Below are positions 29,041-39,237 of a stretch of DNA of 64,000 nt, piece by piece. A program made the position numbers and the translations under genes. The notes below the pieces were generated by a model, which did not search any database, was not told the origin of the DNA, and saw nothing but the letters and a program-made list of their open reading frames with translations. Numbering within the stretch: the first letter of the stretch is position 1; the number at the start of each line of letters is the position of its first letter. This DNA comes from an uncultured bacterium (lineage in GTDB: Bacteria > Babelota > Babeliae > Babelales > Babelaceae): assembly GCA_963722385.1 (NCBI GenBank), contig CAVRKK010000002.1, positions 768,001-832,000 on the forward strand. Direction: 5' to 3'.

Positions 29041-30246
29041 ATGGCACCTATATATCGACTATCTATTGTGCTGCTCATGTTCAACAGTATTGCCGCCATG
29101 CAAGACCCTGACCCAAAAAAAAGCATAAGCAGCTCTCCTGATTCCAGCAATCACTTTGCTTTTTATGATGATATTTCTGACCAAAAAAAAGCCCGCGAGG
29201 AAAAGGCTGAATTACCTCGTGAGCTCTATCAGCAAATAGTTGAAAATTTGCCTATATCGTGCGTCGACATTTTTGTTTATGATCCCCAAACTGAAAGCTA
29301 TTTTATCGTAAAGCGCCATAATAAGCCTGCCGCAGGGCTTCTGTGGGTTCTTGGTGGTCGGCAAATAATTTTTGAAAGCTTTTTTCAGGCAGCGATCCGC
29401 AAATGCGCCGATGAGATGCATTTGCAGGTATTGCCTATCGCAGCACTTGGACACTATAGCACCACGTTTATCGATTCAGAATGGGGTAGCCCAACCCATA
29501 CCAACAATCGCGTTGTTTTAGCAATCGTTGAGCCAGGTTCGAGTCCATCTCCTGATCGCAACCATAGCAACGAACGCTGGGTTTCGCTCTATAGAAGCCC
29601 GCTTGACACCGAGTTTGAGGTGCGCCCCGAGAACTTATACCTTTTTCACCTCTGGCAGGATGCTCTTGCGGCAATTAGCCAACATCGCGACCTGATCGAC
29701 AGAATTTCAAATAACCAAGAAGAACTCAAGCACTACAAAGAGCAGCTGACACAAACAAATTCCTATCAAGCCACGGGACACCGCTATCGAGAATTATTCG
29801 ATAATTTCAACACCTACAGCACAACAAATAACGGCGAAACGCTCGCGAATACCTTATGGGCGACAATTCATAGCTTTGATGAAACTGAGCGCACGTCTGC
29901 CCTACAGCGCTTGCAAGAATTGATGGACGAGACGACGCGCCACTCAGCAAAAACCAAGGCAACAGCTGTGGTTGACCAGTTATGGCGTGTGCTCCAGAAA
30001 CTTAACCAAGAAGAACAGGCCGCTGCTCACATTAGGCTCGATTCATTCGTCCAAGCAATGATTAAATCAAAAGCAACAAGCTTAGTCGTTGAAACCATAG
30101 CGCCATCACCGACTGCTCATAATGCTACCGCTGGCTCATTCCAGCGACCACCTATAGTGACTTATGGTGATATTTATGCGCATTTTTTAGATGAAGAGCT
30201 TGAAGAAACCTTTTTTTTTAATCATAAGAAAGGATGGCCACGATAA
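29041..30246 (+). CDS. Exported Nudix protein (GDP-mannose hydrolase-like) with a helical C-terminal extension
   Basis: P..CVD, KR..KPA.G..W..GGR, a modified Nudix box, TH and H...RW motifs, plus a signal peptide ending IAAMQ. Confidence 0.75.
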   Translation: MAPIYRLSIVLLMFNSIAAMQDPDPKKSISSSPDSSNHFAFYDDISDQKKAREEKAELPRELYQQIVENLPISCVDIFVYDPQTESYFIVKRHNKPAAGLLWVLGGRQIIFESFFQAAIRKCADEMHLQVLPIAALGHYSTTFIDSEWGSPTHTNNRVVLAIVEPGSSPSPDRNHSNERWVSLYRSPLDTEFEVRPENLYLFHLWQDALAAISQHRDLIDRISNNQEELKHYKEQLTQTNSYQATGHRYRELFDNFNTYSTTNNGETLANTLWATIHSFDETERTSALQRLQELMDETTRHSAKTKATAVVDQLWRVLQKLNQEEQAAAHIRLDSFVQAMIKSKATSLVVETIAPSPTAHNATAGSFQRPPIVTYGDIYAHFLDEELEETFFFNHKKGWPR

Positions 30247-30315
30247 TTACTTCACCTAGCAAAAAGCACATTCACTTAAGGGGCACCTAGCATGGCGCCC
30301 CCTCTTTATGCTCCG

Positions 30316-32682
30316 TTAATGCATATTTTTTTTTTCGATATGCTGCTGAGGCATAAGAACGTGATGGATCACTTCATCAGCATGATTAACCCAAATTAAA
30401 TGCATATCCTGGGTAAGCTCTTCAAGCCCGACCATGTCATGCTGATTTTTACAGGGTAATATAACATGCTGGATGTGATTTCGCTTGGCGACCAGCAGTT
30501 TTTCCTTAACCCCACCAATAGGCATAACATTGCCGCGTAGATTTAGCTCTCCTGTCATCGCGTAATCAGCATTAATAGGCCGCTGGGTTAGCGCGGACAG
30601 TATTGATGCCAACATCGTAATACCTGCTGATGGCCCATCTTTTGGCACCCCCCCAGCAGGAACATGCAAATGAATATCACAATTGGTAAACATTCGCGAG
30701 TCGAGGCCAAACTCTTCGGCGCGGGTGCGAATATAACTCAATGCTGCTTGAGCAGACTCCCGCATAACGTTACCCAGTTGGCCCGTCAAAATCAGCTTTC
30801 CCTTGCCAGGAACAACAACAGCTTCAACTTTGACAAGCTCTCCACCAAAAGCCGTCCAGGCTAGCCCATTGGTAACGCCAACATGATTTTCTTTATCATT
30901 ATCATCCTCGGGGAACTTTTGTGGCCCCAGGAACTGCTTAATGTTTTCAGGCATAAAGACCGTACTTTCGCCACCCTCTACTAAGGCTCGCGCTGCTTTG
31001 CAGCAAAGCTTTTTAATAAGGCGTTCAAGTTCCCGCACACCAGCTTCACGCGTATAGTACGTAATAATATGCTCTATCACGGTGGCCGGGAACGTAATAG
31101 GCTGCTCGGCAAGCCCTGTTTGATCAAGTGCCCGCTTTATTAAATGGCGCTCGGCGATCGATTTTTTTTCTTGGACGGTATATCCAGACAATTGAATAAT
31201 CTCCATGCGATCTCTAAGCGGCTCAGAGATTGACTCGAGTGTATTTGCTGTCGCTATGAAGATCGCTTTAGAAAAATCAAACGAGACGCCCAGGTAATTA
31301 TCGTAAAATGTCTTATTCTGCTGTGGATCAAGGACCTCAAGCATTGCTGCTGCCGGGTCTCCACGAAAATCTGCGCCGATCTTATCAAGCTCATCAATAA
31401 TAATAACGGGATTACACGAACCGGCTTTTCGAATGCCTTGGATAAAGCGCCCAGGCATTGCACCGACGTAGGTACGTCGATGCCCGCGGATTTCTGCTTC
31501 ATCTTTAACACCACCCAACGAGACCCTGAAATAGGACCGACCTAAACTGCGTGCAATTGATTTACCTAAAGATGTTTTCCCGGTTCCCGGTGGCCCAACA
31601 AAGCATAAAATCGGCGTATAACCGTCCTGCTTAAGCGTCCTAACCGAAATAAAGTCTAAAATGCGCTCTTTGATATCGTTGAGTCCGTAATGGTCATGAT
31701 CGAGCACTTCGCGCGCTTGCGCAAGATCAAGGTTATCCCGCGTCTCTTTTTGCCAGGGAAGCGCAAGCGCCCACTCAATGTAGGTCCGTATCACCGAGGC
31801 TTCCATTGAATCAGGAGACGTTTTTTCCAGGCGGTTTATTTGTCGCGTTACTTCAGTGCGCGCCTCCTCGGTAAGCTGTATTTCCGTAGTCTTCAAGCGC
31901 ATGCGCTCTATTTCATCAAGATCATCTTCACCCAGCTCTTTTTTAATTGCTTTGAGCTGCTCGCGCAAATAAAATTCTTTCTGCGACTTATTCATCGCTT
32001 CACGGGCACGTATCTTAACACGCTCTTGTACCTCGGAGACCTCTACTTCGCGCACCAAATGCTCATACAATCCCGCCAAAAATTCACCGTGGGTTTGCGT
32101 CTCGAGCAATCGCTGCGCCTGTTCAACGCTCAGCGTAAGATGCGAAAATATAAAGTCGGCAATTTTTTCTGGATCATGCATTTTTGAAAGAATAAGGTAA
32201 AAGTCGGGGCTTAAGGATTGCCCGGAAGACGACATTTTTTCCGCTACCAGCTTGATCTCTTTAATTTGCTGCCCCAACCGCATAGGCTCATCCGGCTCAA
32301 GTGTCAGCGGCTCGCCGTGGGCGCTCAGAATTTCCTCATCAGCCACGATATCTAATACACGCGCTTTACAAACGCCTTGTACGAGAATTTTTACGCCACC
32401 TTCAGGGAGCTTAATAAGCCGCATGATCGAGCCAATCGTACCAATATCGTAGAGATCTTTAGTACCAATAACCCCTTGCGGATTGAGAATTTGCTTTTTT
32501 GAAGCAAGCAGAAAAACAAGCTTAGACTCATTCTGCGATGCTTTATTGATTCCTCGAATAATACGCTCATCAAGTACCAACAATGGAACGATCATATTGG
32601 GAAAAACAACCACGTCCATTGTCGGTACAATTGGAAGCCTCTCCGGAATTGACTCGTGCTTCTGCTTGCTCAGCATCTTCAT
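30316..32682 (-). CDS. lon: ATP-dependent protease La
   Basis: LON N-domain, GPPGTGKTS, IRGHRRTYVGAMPG and PKDGPSAG motifs. Confidence 0.97.
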   Translation of the reverse strand: MKMLSKQKHESIPERLPIVPTMDVVVFPNMIVPLLVLDERIIRGINKASQNESKLVFLLASKKQILNPQGVIGTKDLYDIGTIGSIMRLIKLPEGGVKILVQGVCKARVLDIVADEEILSAHGEPLTLEPDEPMRLGQQIKEIKLVAEKMSSSGQSLSPDFYLILSKMHDPEKIADFIFSHLTLSVEQAQRLLETQTHGEFLAGLYEHLVREVEVSEVQERVKIRAREAMNKSQKEFYLREQLKAIKKELGEDDLDEIERMRLKTTEIQLTEEARTEVTRQINRLEKTSPDSMEASVIRTYIEWALALPWQKETRDNLDLAQAREVLDHDHYGLNDIKERILDFISVRTLKQDGYTPILCFVGPPGTGKTSLGKSIARSLGRSYFRVSLGGVKDEAEIRGHRRTYVGAMPGRFIQGIRKAGSCNPVIIIDELDKIGADFRGDPAAAMLEVLDPQQNKTFYDNYLGVSFDFSKAIFIATANTLESISEPLRDRMEIIQLSGYTVQEKKSIAERHLIKRALDQTGLAEQPITFPATVIEHIITYYTREAGVRELERLIKKLCCKAARALVEGGESTVFMPENIKQFLGPQKFPEDDNDKENHVGVTNGLAWTAFGGELVKVEAVVVPGKGKLILTGQLGNVMRESAQAALSYIRTRAEEFGLDSRMFTNCDIHLHVPAGGVPKDGPSAGITMLASILSALTQRPINADYAMTGELNLRGNVMPIGGVKEKLLVAKRNHIQHVILPCKNQHDMVGLEELTQDMHLIWVNHADEVIHHVLMPQQHIEKKNMH

Positions 32683-32950
32683 GGTGCCCTACCCCCTTTG
32701 TCCCCTGCGAAGTGTCCCCATTTCACCTATCTACCATGAGTCTACCCAAAGACTTATGGTAAAAACAATAACCAACCTAGAAGTATTTTCTTATAGGCAA
32801 AAATATTAAGAATGGGTTGAAATAGACAAATATTGATTATTGCTTGCCATTACTAATTAAGATAAGAAAGGACATTAAAAGTCAGGTAAGAGCAATGAGA
32901 GCATTATTTGAAAATTTTAGTGACAACTCTGATTTTAATTAACCGCTTGG

Positions 32951-34135
32951 TCACGTTACGCGGTAGAATCGATGCTTCCCAACCTTTATATGATCGCCGC
33001 TATTAAGCGTTACGCACGCTTTAAAATCGATCACTTTATCGCTATTGATGCTCACCGCACCCTCTTTGATAAGACGGCGTGCCTCGGCTGAGGAACTAAC
33101 AGCGCCAAGTTGCTTAAGCAAGTCAATGATCCAAACAGCGCTTGCAAAGGCTCCCTTGTCAATTGCCTGAGCATAGTCAAAATCGCGCTTTTGAAAGAGG
33201 TGCTCAAAAGCTGCCTGAGCCTGATCTGCTTCGGACCTGCCCCAAAACTTACTCGTAATAGCCTGCGCTAAAGCTTTCTTGAGCGACATAGGATGCTCGG
33301 AGCCTTGCTGCACACGTTCCTTGAGCAATTGAACTTCAGCTTTAGGAAGCTGGAGTAAGATTTCGTAATATACCCACATAAGCTCATCTGATATAGACAT
33401 CAGCTTCCCATAAACATCATTAGCGGGCTCGGTTATCCCTATTGCGTTGCCCAGAGACTTAGACATCTTAATTGCGCCATCAAGGCCTGGCAAAAGCGGC
33501 ATCGTCATAATCACTTGCGGCTCTTGCCCATAATGCTCTTGCAAGAAGCGGCCCATAATTAGATTAAAAGTCTGATCGGTCCCCCCCAACTCAACATCGG
33601 CGCGCAGCGCGACCGAATCGTAGCCTTGGAGGAGAGGATACGTCAGCTCATGAAAGCCGATAGGCTGATGCGTCTGTATCCGTTGAGCAAAGTCTTCGCG
33701 CTCAATCAGGCGGGCAAGCGTAACCTGCGCACAGAGGGCAAGCCACTCTTTGCTGGTTAGCGACCCAAGCCACTCATTATTATAGCGCACGGTGATCGCA
33801 TTAAGATCGAGAATCTTAGCAACCTGCTCAAGGTACGTCCTAAAATTATGGACTATCTGCTCATCACTCAGGGGCGGCCGTGTCTTTGAGCGACCGGTTG
33901 GATCGCCGATGCGTGCTGTAAAATCACCAATTAATAAAATAACTTCATGACCAAGGTCCTGAAACTCCCGCAACTTTGACAAAACGACCGTATGGCCCAG
34001 ATGTAAATCGGGCGATGTTGGATCAATCCCAAACTTAATTTTGAGCTTTCGTTGCGATGCGAGCTTTTTGGCAAGGTCTTCCTGGGGGAGAACGGCAACC
34101 GTACCCGCGAGAAGCTTGCTGATTATACGTTCCAT
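32951..34135 (-). CDS. tyrS: Tyrosine--tRNA ligase
   Basis: GIDPT..LHLGH, YPLLQGYD, GGTDQ and KMSKS motifs, plus a C-terminal S4 domain. Confidence 0.97.
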   Translation of the reverse strand: MERIISKLLAGTVAVLPQEDLAKKLASQRKLKIKFGIDPTSPDLHLGHTVVLSKLREFQDLGHEVILLIGDFTARIGDPTGRSKTRPPLSDEQIVHNFRTYLEQVAKILDLNAITVRYNNEWLGSLTSKEWLALCAQVTLARLIEREDFAQRIQTHQPIGFHELTYPLLQGYDSVALRADVELGGTDQTFNLIMGRFLQEHYGQEPQVIMTMPLLPGLDGAIKMSKSLGNAIGITEPANDVYGKLMSISDELMWVYYEILLQLPKAEVQLLKERVQQGSEHPMSLKKALAQAITSKFWGRSEADQAQAAFEHLFQKRDFDYAQAIDKGAFASAVWIIDLLKQLGAVSSSAEARRLIKEGAVSINSDKVIDFKACVTLNSGDHIKVGKHRFYRVT

Positions 34136-34863
34136 TAAACTTTACCTACCATATGTCCTACTACCATAACGCTTCTGGCAATAACCTGAAACAGAAACGC
34201 TCTCAGGGGAGGTGTAAAAAATATCAGCAAAATAAATACGCTGACCCAAAGTACATTTTCATCATGGATATGTGTTGCAAGAAACGGCTTCTCACGCGTC
34301 CGAAGCCACATCATAACATAACGAAAGCCATGAGCAATCAAGCCAATCGAAGCAATAAATGTACTATAGGTAACAAGTGCGATAAGAAAAAGCCCTGAAA
34401 CAATCGCGAAAGACGAATGATCGGGATACATGGTAGCAAATGAGCTAAGTGGCGCATGGTTACTTATAAACATTGAAAAAGCAAAAGCAAGAGATCGGCC
34501 ACCAAAGCAAAGAACAAGCATCGTTAAAGCACCACAGGCAAGCATAATATTAATAATTGCCTGGGCCAAATATACCAGAATTAACCTCACGTTACCGAAA
34601 GCCGACCGCAAAGGCGCAGAATCCATGGGCAGCGGCCGCACCCAGCCAAACCCCAAGAGAGAAACCGTGAGCGCTCCGATAATGTCCACGTGATTAAGAG
34701 GATTTAAACTCCCCCAACCGTTGCGCAAAGCACTATCGTCGCCCATCCGCCATGCAAGCCATGCTTGGCCAGCCTCAGCCAGGGTTGAAGATACGGCATA
34801 GGCCCCTAACAAAAGGAGCGTCGTTACAATGCTTTGAATAATGTCTAAATTTAACATAGCCAC
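34135..34863 (-). CDS. Site-2 protease (M50) homologue lacking zinc ligands
   Basis: A...GD......SLNPL.HVD..G and FGW.RP family motifs are present, but HExxH reads AEAGQ and there is no NxxPxxxxDG. Confidence 0.75.
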   Translation of the reverse strand: MAMLNLDIIQSIVTTLLLLGAYAVSSTLAEAGQAWLAWRMGDDSALRNGWGSLNPLNHVDIIGALTVSLLGFGWVRPLPMDSAPLRSAFGNVRLILVYLAQAIINIMLACGALTMLVLCFGGRSLAFAFSMFISNHAPLSSFATMYPDHSSFAIVSGLFLIALVTYSTFIASIGLIAHGFRYVMMWLRTREKPFLATHIHDENVLWVSVFILLIFFTPPLRAFLFQVIARSVMVVGHMVGKV

Positions 34864-34957
34864 AATTTCGCACCGTAGGAGTAGATACTATTAAAACAAC
34901 GTGCTACACTCTCAATTCTAAGGCAAATTTACCAATTGGTCAAACAAGGGCCTCGCC

Positions 34958-37249
34958 ATGAAGCCGATTACGCTCGATACACAGCTATCAAAGTGGCAAT
35001 GTGTTTGCTTGCTCATGCTTCTGATTGGCGCAACGATCGCAACATACTACTCTTCGCTTTTCTATGGCTTCGTCTTTGATGATTGCCCGAACATCGTCAA
35101 GCTCTTCGAAATCCGTTCGCGTAAGCTTTCAGACCTTTTTTTTGAGCACTCACGCTGGGTAAGCGCCTGGCTCAATACGCTCTATTACCAGGTAGACCAG
35201 CTTAAGCCGTTTATTTATCGCTTGGGCAATCTGATTATTCACCTGATCAATGGCTCCCTTGTTTTTGCCATTATAACGATGCTCTTAGGCGGCGTTAGAA
35301 AAGAAAGTTTCTTTAAGCGCTACCGGCACCCTATTTCATTTTTGACAGCGGGCCTCTTTCTTTTGCATCCTGTGCAAACACAGACAATCTGTTACGTTAT
35401 TCAAGGGCAGCTTGAGGGGCTCGCAGCCATGAGCATTCTTTTAGCTCAACTTCTGTTTATTTTATATACAAGGGCTCAGAATTGTTCCACGAGGGCGCTT
35501 TTCGCTCTTCTGCTCTTGGCCATTGGTGCTCTGTCAACAGGGACCAAGGAAATTGCAATCGTGTCCCCCTTGCTCCTTATACTCACTGACTGGTTTTTTA
35601 TAGCCGAGGGCTCCTGGCACTCATTCAAAAAAAGGCTTTGGCTCCATGCCCTTTTTAGCATTACGGTGATCGTATGCTTATGTTATGTGCTCACGCCTGC
35701 TTTCTTTTGGCAGCTTATTCGCGGCAAGGTCCAGCCGCCTAACAATATGGGAAATATGTTGACTGATGCTCATATGGATAGCATTACGCCTTATGCATTT
35801 TTTATCTCACAATTTAAAGTAATTATTCACTACTTAATGATTTTTATTTGGCCATTTGGGTTGAGTGCCGATTATAACTGGAAGCTTTCCGAGGGTTTTT
35901 GGCATGCTGATAGTATCGGAGCTTTTCTTATCCTGTGCGCTCTTTTTCTTTGGCTGGCGCGAATCATTGCCCAGAATCATACAAGTTTGGTAGCTTTCGC
36001 CTTTTTGTGGTTTTTTATCGCGGTACTTCCTCGGGCAAGCCTTATTCCATCGGCTGAATTAGTAGCTGACTATAAGACCTATGAGGCCTCCGTGGGAATA
36101 TGCTTATTGCTTGCCGCATCACTTGTTGGCGCAGCCTTGTTTATTACCCGTCTCTTAGTAGCCTTACAATACAAGCTCTACGAACAGCAGGCATTTTGGC
36201 TTGCTCTTTGCATAATGCTCTTATCAGGAGGTTTTTTGGCAGCTCGGCGAGCACGGGTTTGGCAATCTGCTGAAGCATTTTGGTTTGACGTCATAGCGCG
36301 TGATGATGATAGCAAAGCACGCGCTTACAATAACTATGCGGTGACCCTTATTGAAAAGGGCAACCATCAGCAAGCAATCCAACACCTAGAGCGCGCTATC
36401 ACGCTTGACCGCGCCTACCCTGACCCCTGGAACAACCTGGCAATCGTTTATGGCAAGCTTGGCCTTGTTGATGAAGCAATCATGGCGCTTCAGACAGCGA
36501 TCAGCATTCACCCATACCATGCTGAAGGGTATAGTAATTTAGCGAACTTTTTCATCGTTCAAAAAAAGTATCGTGCGGCAGAGAAGGCGCTCAAGCGTGC
36601 AATCGCACTTCGTAAGCATTATGGCAAGGCCCTTTTTAAGTTAGGCCAGGTTTATCTTTTTCAAAATGATATCGAGCAGGCGCACCTATACTTTAAACAG
36701 TGTTGTACGCAAGCCGACATGGATACAGCGGAGGGTTTCGCCGCATGGGGCAAGGCAAGCACCGATCTTGCAAAATATGATGAAGCGGCTGAAGCATACG
36801 AGAGAGCATACAAGCTCCGTCCCACTGACGACCTTTTATACCATCTTGCTTATGCATACTTATTTAATCGCCAGTTAGAGGCTGCCGAGCGGTCCTTTAA
36901 GCAGCTGTATGCGCGCTATCCACGGGATCCGATCATAGTCCTCGGCCTTGCTGAGTATTACTTCACCACCCAATCTTACCCTCAAGCGATGGCGCTTTAT
37001 CATAAGGTTGAGGGCGGCAAACCGGACCTGCCTATGCTTTTTTGGCGCTTAGCAGCCTGCTCTTACAAGACTGGCGCGCTTTATGAAGCAGAGTGTTATT
37101 TGAGGAAATTTCTTGATGCTCGCCCGCCCGACGATGCAGCGGCCAAAGCGAGAGGAGTTCTCGATGCCTTGGAAAAAAGGGATTTTTCTGCGCCAATTTG
37201 GTCATGTTTAACAGAATTTTCGCGAAAACCCTCTGCATTTCTAGATTAG
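34958..37249 (+). CDS. TMTC-like membrane protein (GT-C fold, TPR repeats), possible O-mannosyltransferase
   Basis: FVFDD first-loop motif, LLHPVQ, KE, WPFGLSADY, about 11 TM helices and multiple C-terminal TPRs. Confidence 0.8.
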   Translation: MKPITLDTQLSKWQCVCLLMLLIGATIATYYSSLFYGFVFDDCPNIVKLFEIRSRKLSDLFFEHSRWVSAWLNTLYYQVDQLKPFIYRLGNLIIHLINGSLVFAIITMLLGGVRKESFFKRYRHPISFLTAGLFLLHPVQTQTICYVIQGQLEGLAAMSILLAQLLFILYTRAQNCSTRALFALLLLAIGALSTGTKEIAIVSPLLLILTDWFFIAEGSWHSFKKRLWLHALFSITVIVCLCYVLTPAFFWQLIRGKVQPPNNMGNMLTDAHMDSITPYAFFISQFKVIIHYLMIFIWPFGLSADYNWKLSEGFWHADSIGAFLILCALFLWLARIIAQNHTSLVAFAFLWFFIAVLPRASLIPSAELVADYKTYEASVGICLLLAASLVGAALFITRLLVALQYKLYEQQAFWLALCIMLLSGGFLAARRARVWQSAEAFWFDVIARDDDSKARAYNNYAVTLIEKGNHQQAIQHLERAITLDRAYPDPWNNLAIVYGKLGLVDEAIMALQTAISIHPYHAEGYSNLANFFIVQKKYRAAEKALKRAIALRKHYGKALFKLGQVYLFQNDIEQAHLYFKQCCTQADMDTAEGFAAWGKASTDLAKYDEAAEAYERAYKLRPTDDLLYHLAYAYLFNRQLEAAERSFKQLYARYPRDPIIVLGLAEYYFTTQSYPQAMALYHKVEGGKPDLPMLFWRLAACSYKTGALYEAECYLRKFLDARPPDDAAAKARGVLDALEKRDFSAPIWSCLTEFSRKPSAFLD

Positions 37250-38151
37250 CGCTGCATCTTCTTAAGGTAATTTATGAGGGCAATCGTTGAAGCATGGCTC
37301 GAGGCTATAGATTTTTTACATCGTGCTAAATGGCGCCTTAGTTCAGGCTTCCATAATTTCAATAACCTTGTGCTAAAAAAACCCGCTTTATAAGCAACTT
37401 GCTTAAGTGCAGCATAAAGGACCTCTGGCGGATAGGTATTAACCAAGCGCTCAAGCGCATTACGATACGCTTTAAGCGCCGCAAGCTCGATATCGGTAAA
37501 GATGGTACCATCATAAGCAAGCTGTTTTAAATTTTGCAATGCCGCATTCGCTAAATTTTTACTAAAGCCACAACTAAAATCGATGCCGTAAAAAGTGTCC
37601 ATTGCTCGATCATAGAGCATATTACCACAACTGCGATCAGCTCCAGCCATAAACGTATCAAGTGCCGCTATCAATGGTAAGGTAGGATGGTTCGCCATAC
37701 CCTTGATAGTTTGGAGCCGCAAACCACACGTGGGTGTTTTGGCGCAGCGGGAACCTGAATCTTGGTAAAGTTTTATCGACGGGCGATAAACGCAGCCCGA
37801 TGCACCGGGCATACGTGAATGGAGCGTTGCTGGGTAGTTTTTAAAATATTTATAGCGCCTACAAGCATCCCAAGGTACAAGCTCAACACTGTTGCACGGA
37901 ATATTTAAAAATTGCGCCATCCGGTGCCCGATAACCTCTGTAACACATTGAAATTGCTCACTTAAGATATTCTTTTTGCGTTGCTTGATAAGCCACTGGG
38001 AACCATCTTTTTTTTTCAGTAAAAACATATGGCTATGCGCTGCACGAAATGGAGCTTTTGCGATAAACGCTCGGCATCCCTCGTAGGGCTTAGCTGCCAT
38101 GAACCATAAGCTGGTAAGACCAAGGAGTGCCGTGCCATACCTGAGCGTCAT
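37246..38151 (-). CDS. Exported HipA/PI3-PI4-kinase-like protein
   Basis: WLIK, TEV..R.A..L.IP, D.F....DRSCGN and GIDF motifs, plus a signal-like N-terminus. Confidence 0.7.
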   Translation of the reverse strand: MTLRYGTALLGLTSLWFMAAKPYEGCRAFIAKAPFRAAHSHMFLLKKKDGSQWLIKQRKKNILSEQFQCVTEVIGHRMAQFLNIPCNSVELVPWDACRRYKYFKNYPATLHSRMPGASGCVYRPSIKLYQDSGSRCAKTPTCGLRLQTIKGMANHPTLPLIAALDTFMAGADRSCGNMLYDRAMDTFYGIDFSCGFSKNLANAALQNLKQLAYDGTIFTDIELAALKAYRNALERLVNTYPPEVLYAALKQVAYKAGFFSTRLLKLWKPELRRHLARCKKSIASSHASTIALINYLKKMQR

Positions 38152-38317
38152 ACGCAGTCCCCCTTACATTAACCACGCTCCCCCAAGAATACCACAGCGC
38201 CGATATGTTTTTATAGGGAAACCTACTGCGAAGCTCAATCTTTAGTTTGGGTAGCGCACAGGCCTTCTAAGGGGACAGCAAGCGCTACCCCTTGAAAATA
38301 AAATACGGTATGTGGAG

Positions 38318-38722
38318 TTAAGAACACTTTATTACGTCTCTTCCCCCATATAAGGTTGCTTTAAAGGAGTCAGCGCCCATCTTATCAATAAATATGGTTT
38401 CTACCCATCTGTTAGGGTTATAATCCCCCATCTTATGGATAGCATATGCTGGCAGACTCTCCCCATTAACTTCAATCGCCCCATTGATGGCTTCTAGCAT
38501 GCAACCACCATGTCTTGTTTTAAACTTTACCCACGGCAAGTCTATATATTGGTTAGTTGTCAATGTATGGCCGTAATCAAGAATTGACGGACAAGGGCGA
38601 TGGCTTGGATTCAATTTGACGTATATCGTTTGGCCTGATCTGTTGCAAATTCTCGTGGTAAAAGCATCCGCTTGCTGAGCTGCCAAGCTAAGCACTGTAA
38701 GGCCAATAATGTATTTAATCAT
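38318..38722 (-). CDS. Hypothetical exported protein
   Basis: ATG at 38722 after AAGGAG. Signal peptide ending ADA, with 4 Cys in the mature part. Confidence 0.7.
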   Translation of the reverse strand: MIKYIIGLTVLSLAAQQADAFTTRICNRSGQTIYVKLNPSHRPCPSILDYGHTLTTNQYIDLPWVKFKTRHGGCMLEAINGAIEVNGESLPAYAIHKMGDYNPNRWVETIFIDKMGADSFKATLYGGRDVIKCS

Positions 38723-39237
38723 GTGATCTCCTTGGTTTTTCGGTTTCTCGGTATCTCTTACTATATTAATACAAACAGAAACCAAAATTCAAAGCTTTTA
38801 TTTTAGTATTATATTTTAACCCCCAAATAGGCTGATCGGCGAGCTCCAAAAACCAGTAAAGATATTGATTTTTACAATGAAAAATACTGTCATCAAGCAT
38901 TGAATTATCACACTCCCCCAAGCATTAGATACCGACAAAACAGATTTATTTCAACAGATTTTGAAAAAAGGGCTATGCCCTTGGAGATGTGCATGACTCT
39001 TAAATAATTTTATTTTTGTGTCTTGACAATGGGTCACTTTACTGTAGATTATGCAGCTAAGGCTCAAAAAGGTCGAACGTTGATTGGTTTCATGAAAAAG
39101 GCTCTTTTAAAAAAAAAGATGCACGTTGTTGCTGTCAACAATTGTATGGCGAGTCCATAGTAGCTGCTTATGAGGGCTCATTTATTATAATCGTTTTTTA
39201 AGCTATGCAAAAAGATACATAGCTGGAGGAAGAGCTA

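Noticed and set aside
38249..38293. GGGTAGCGC/GCGCTACCC and AAGGGG/CCCCTT overlapping stems
   Set aside because: Could be a terminator or a distant REP-like unit, but similarity to the other repeats is too weak to assign.
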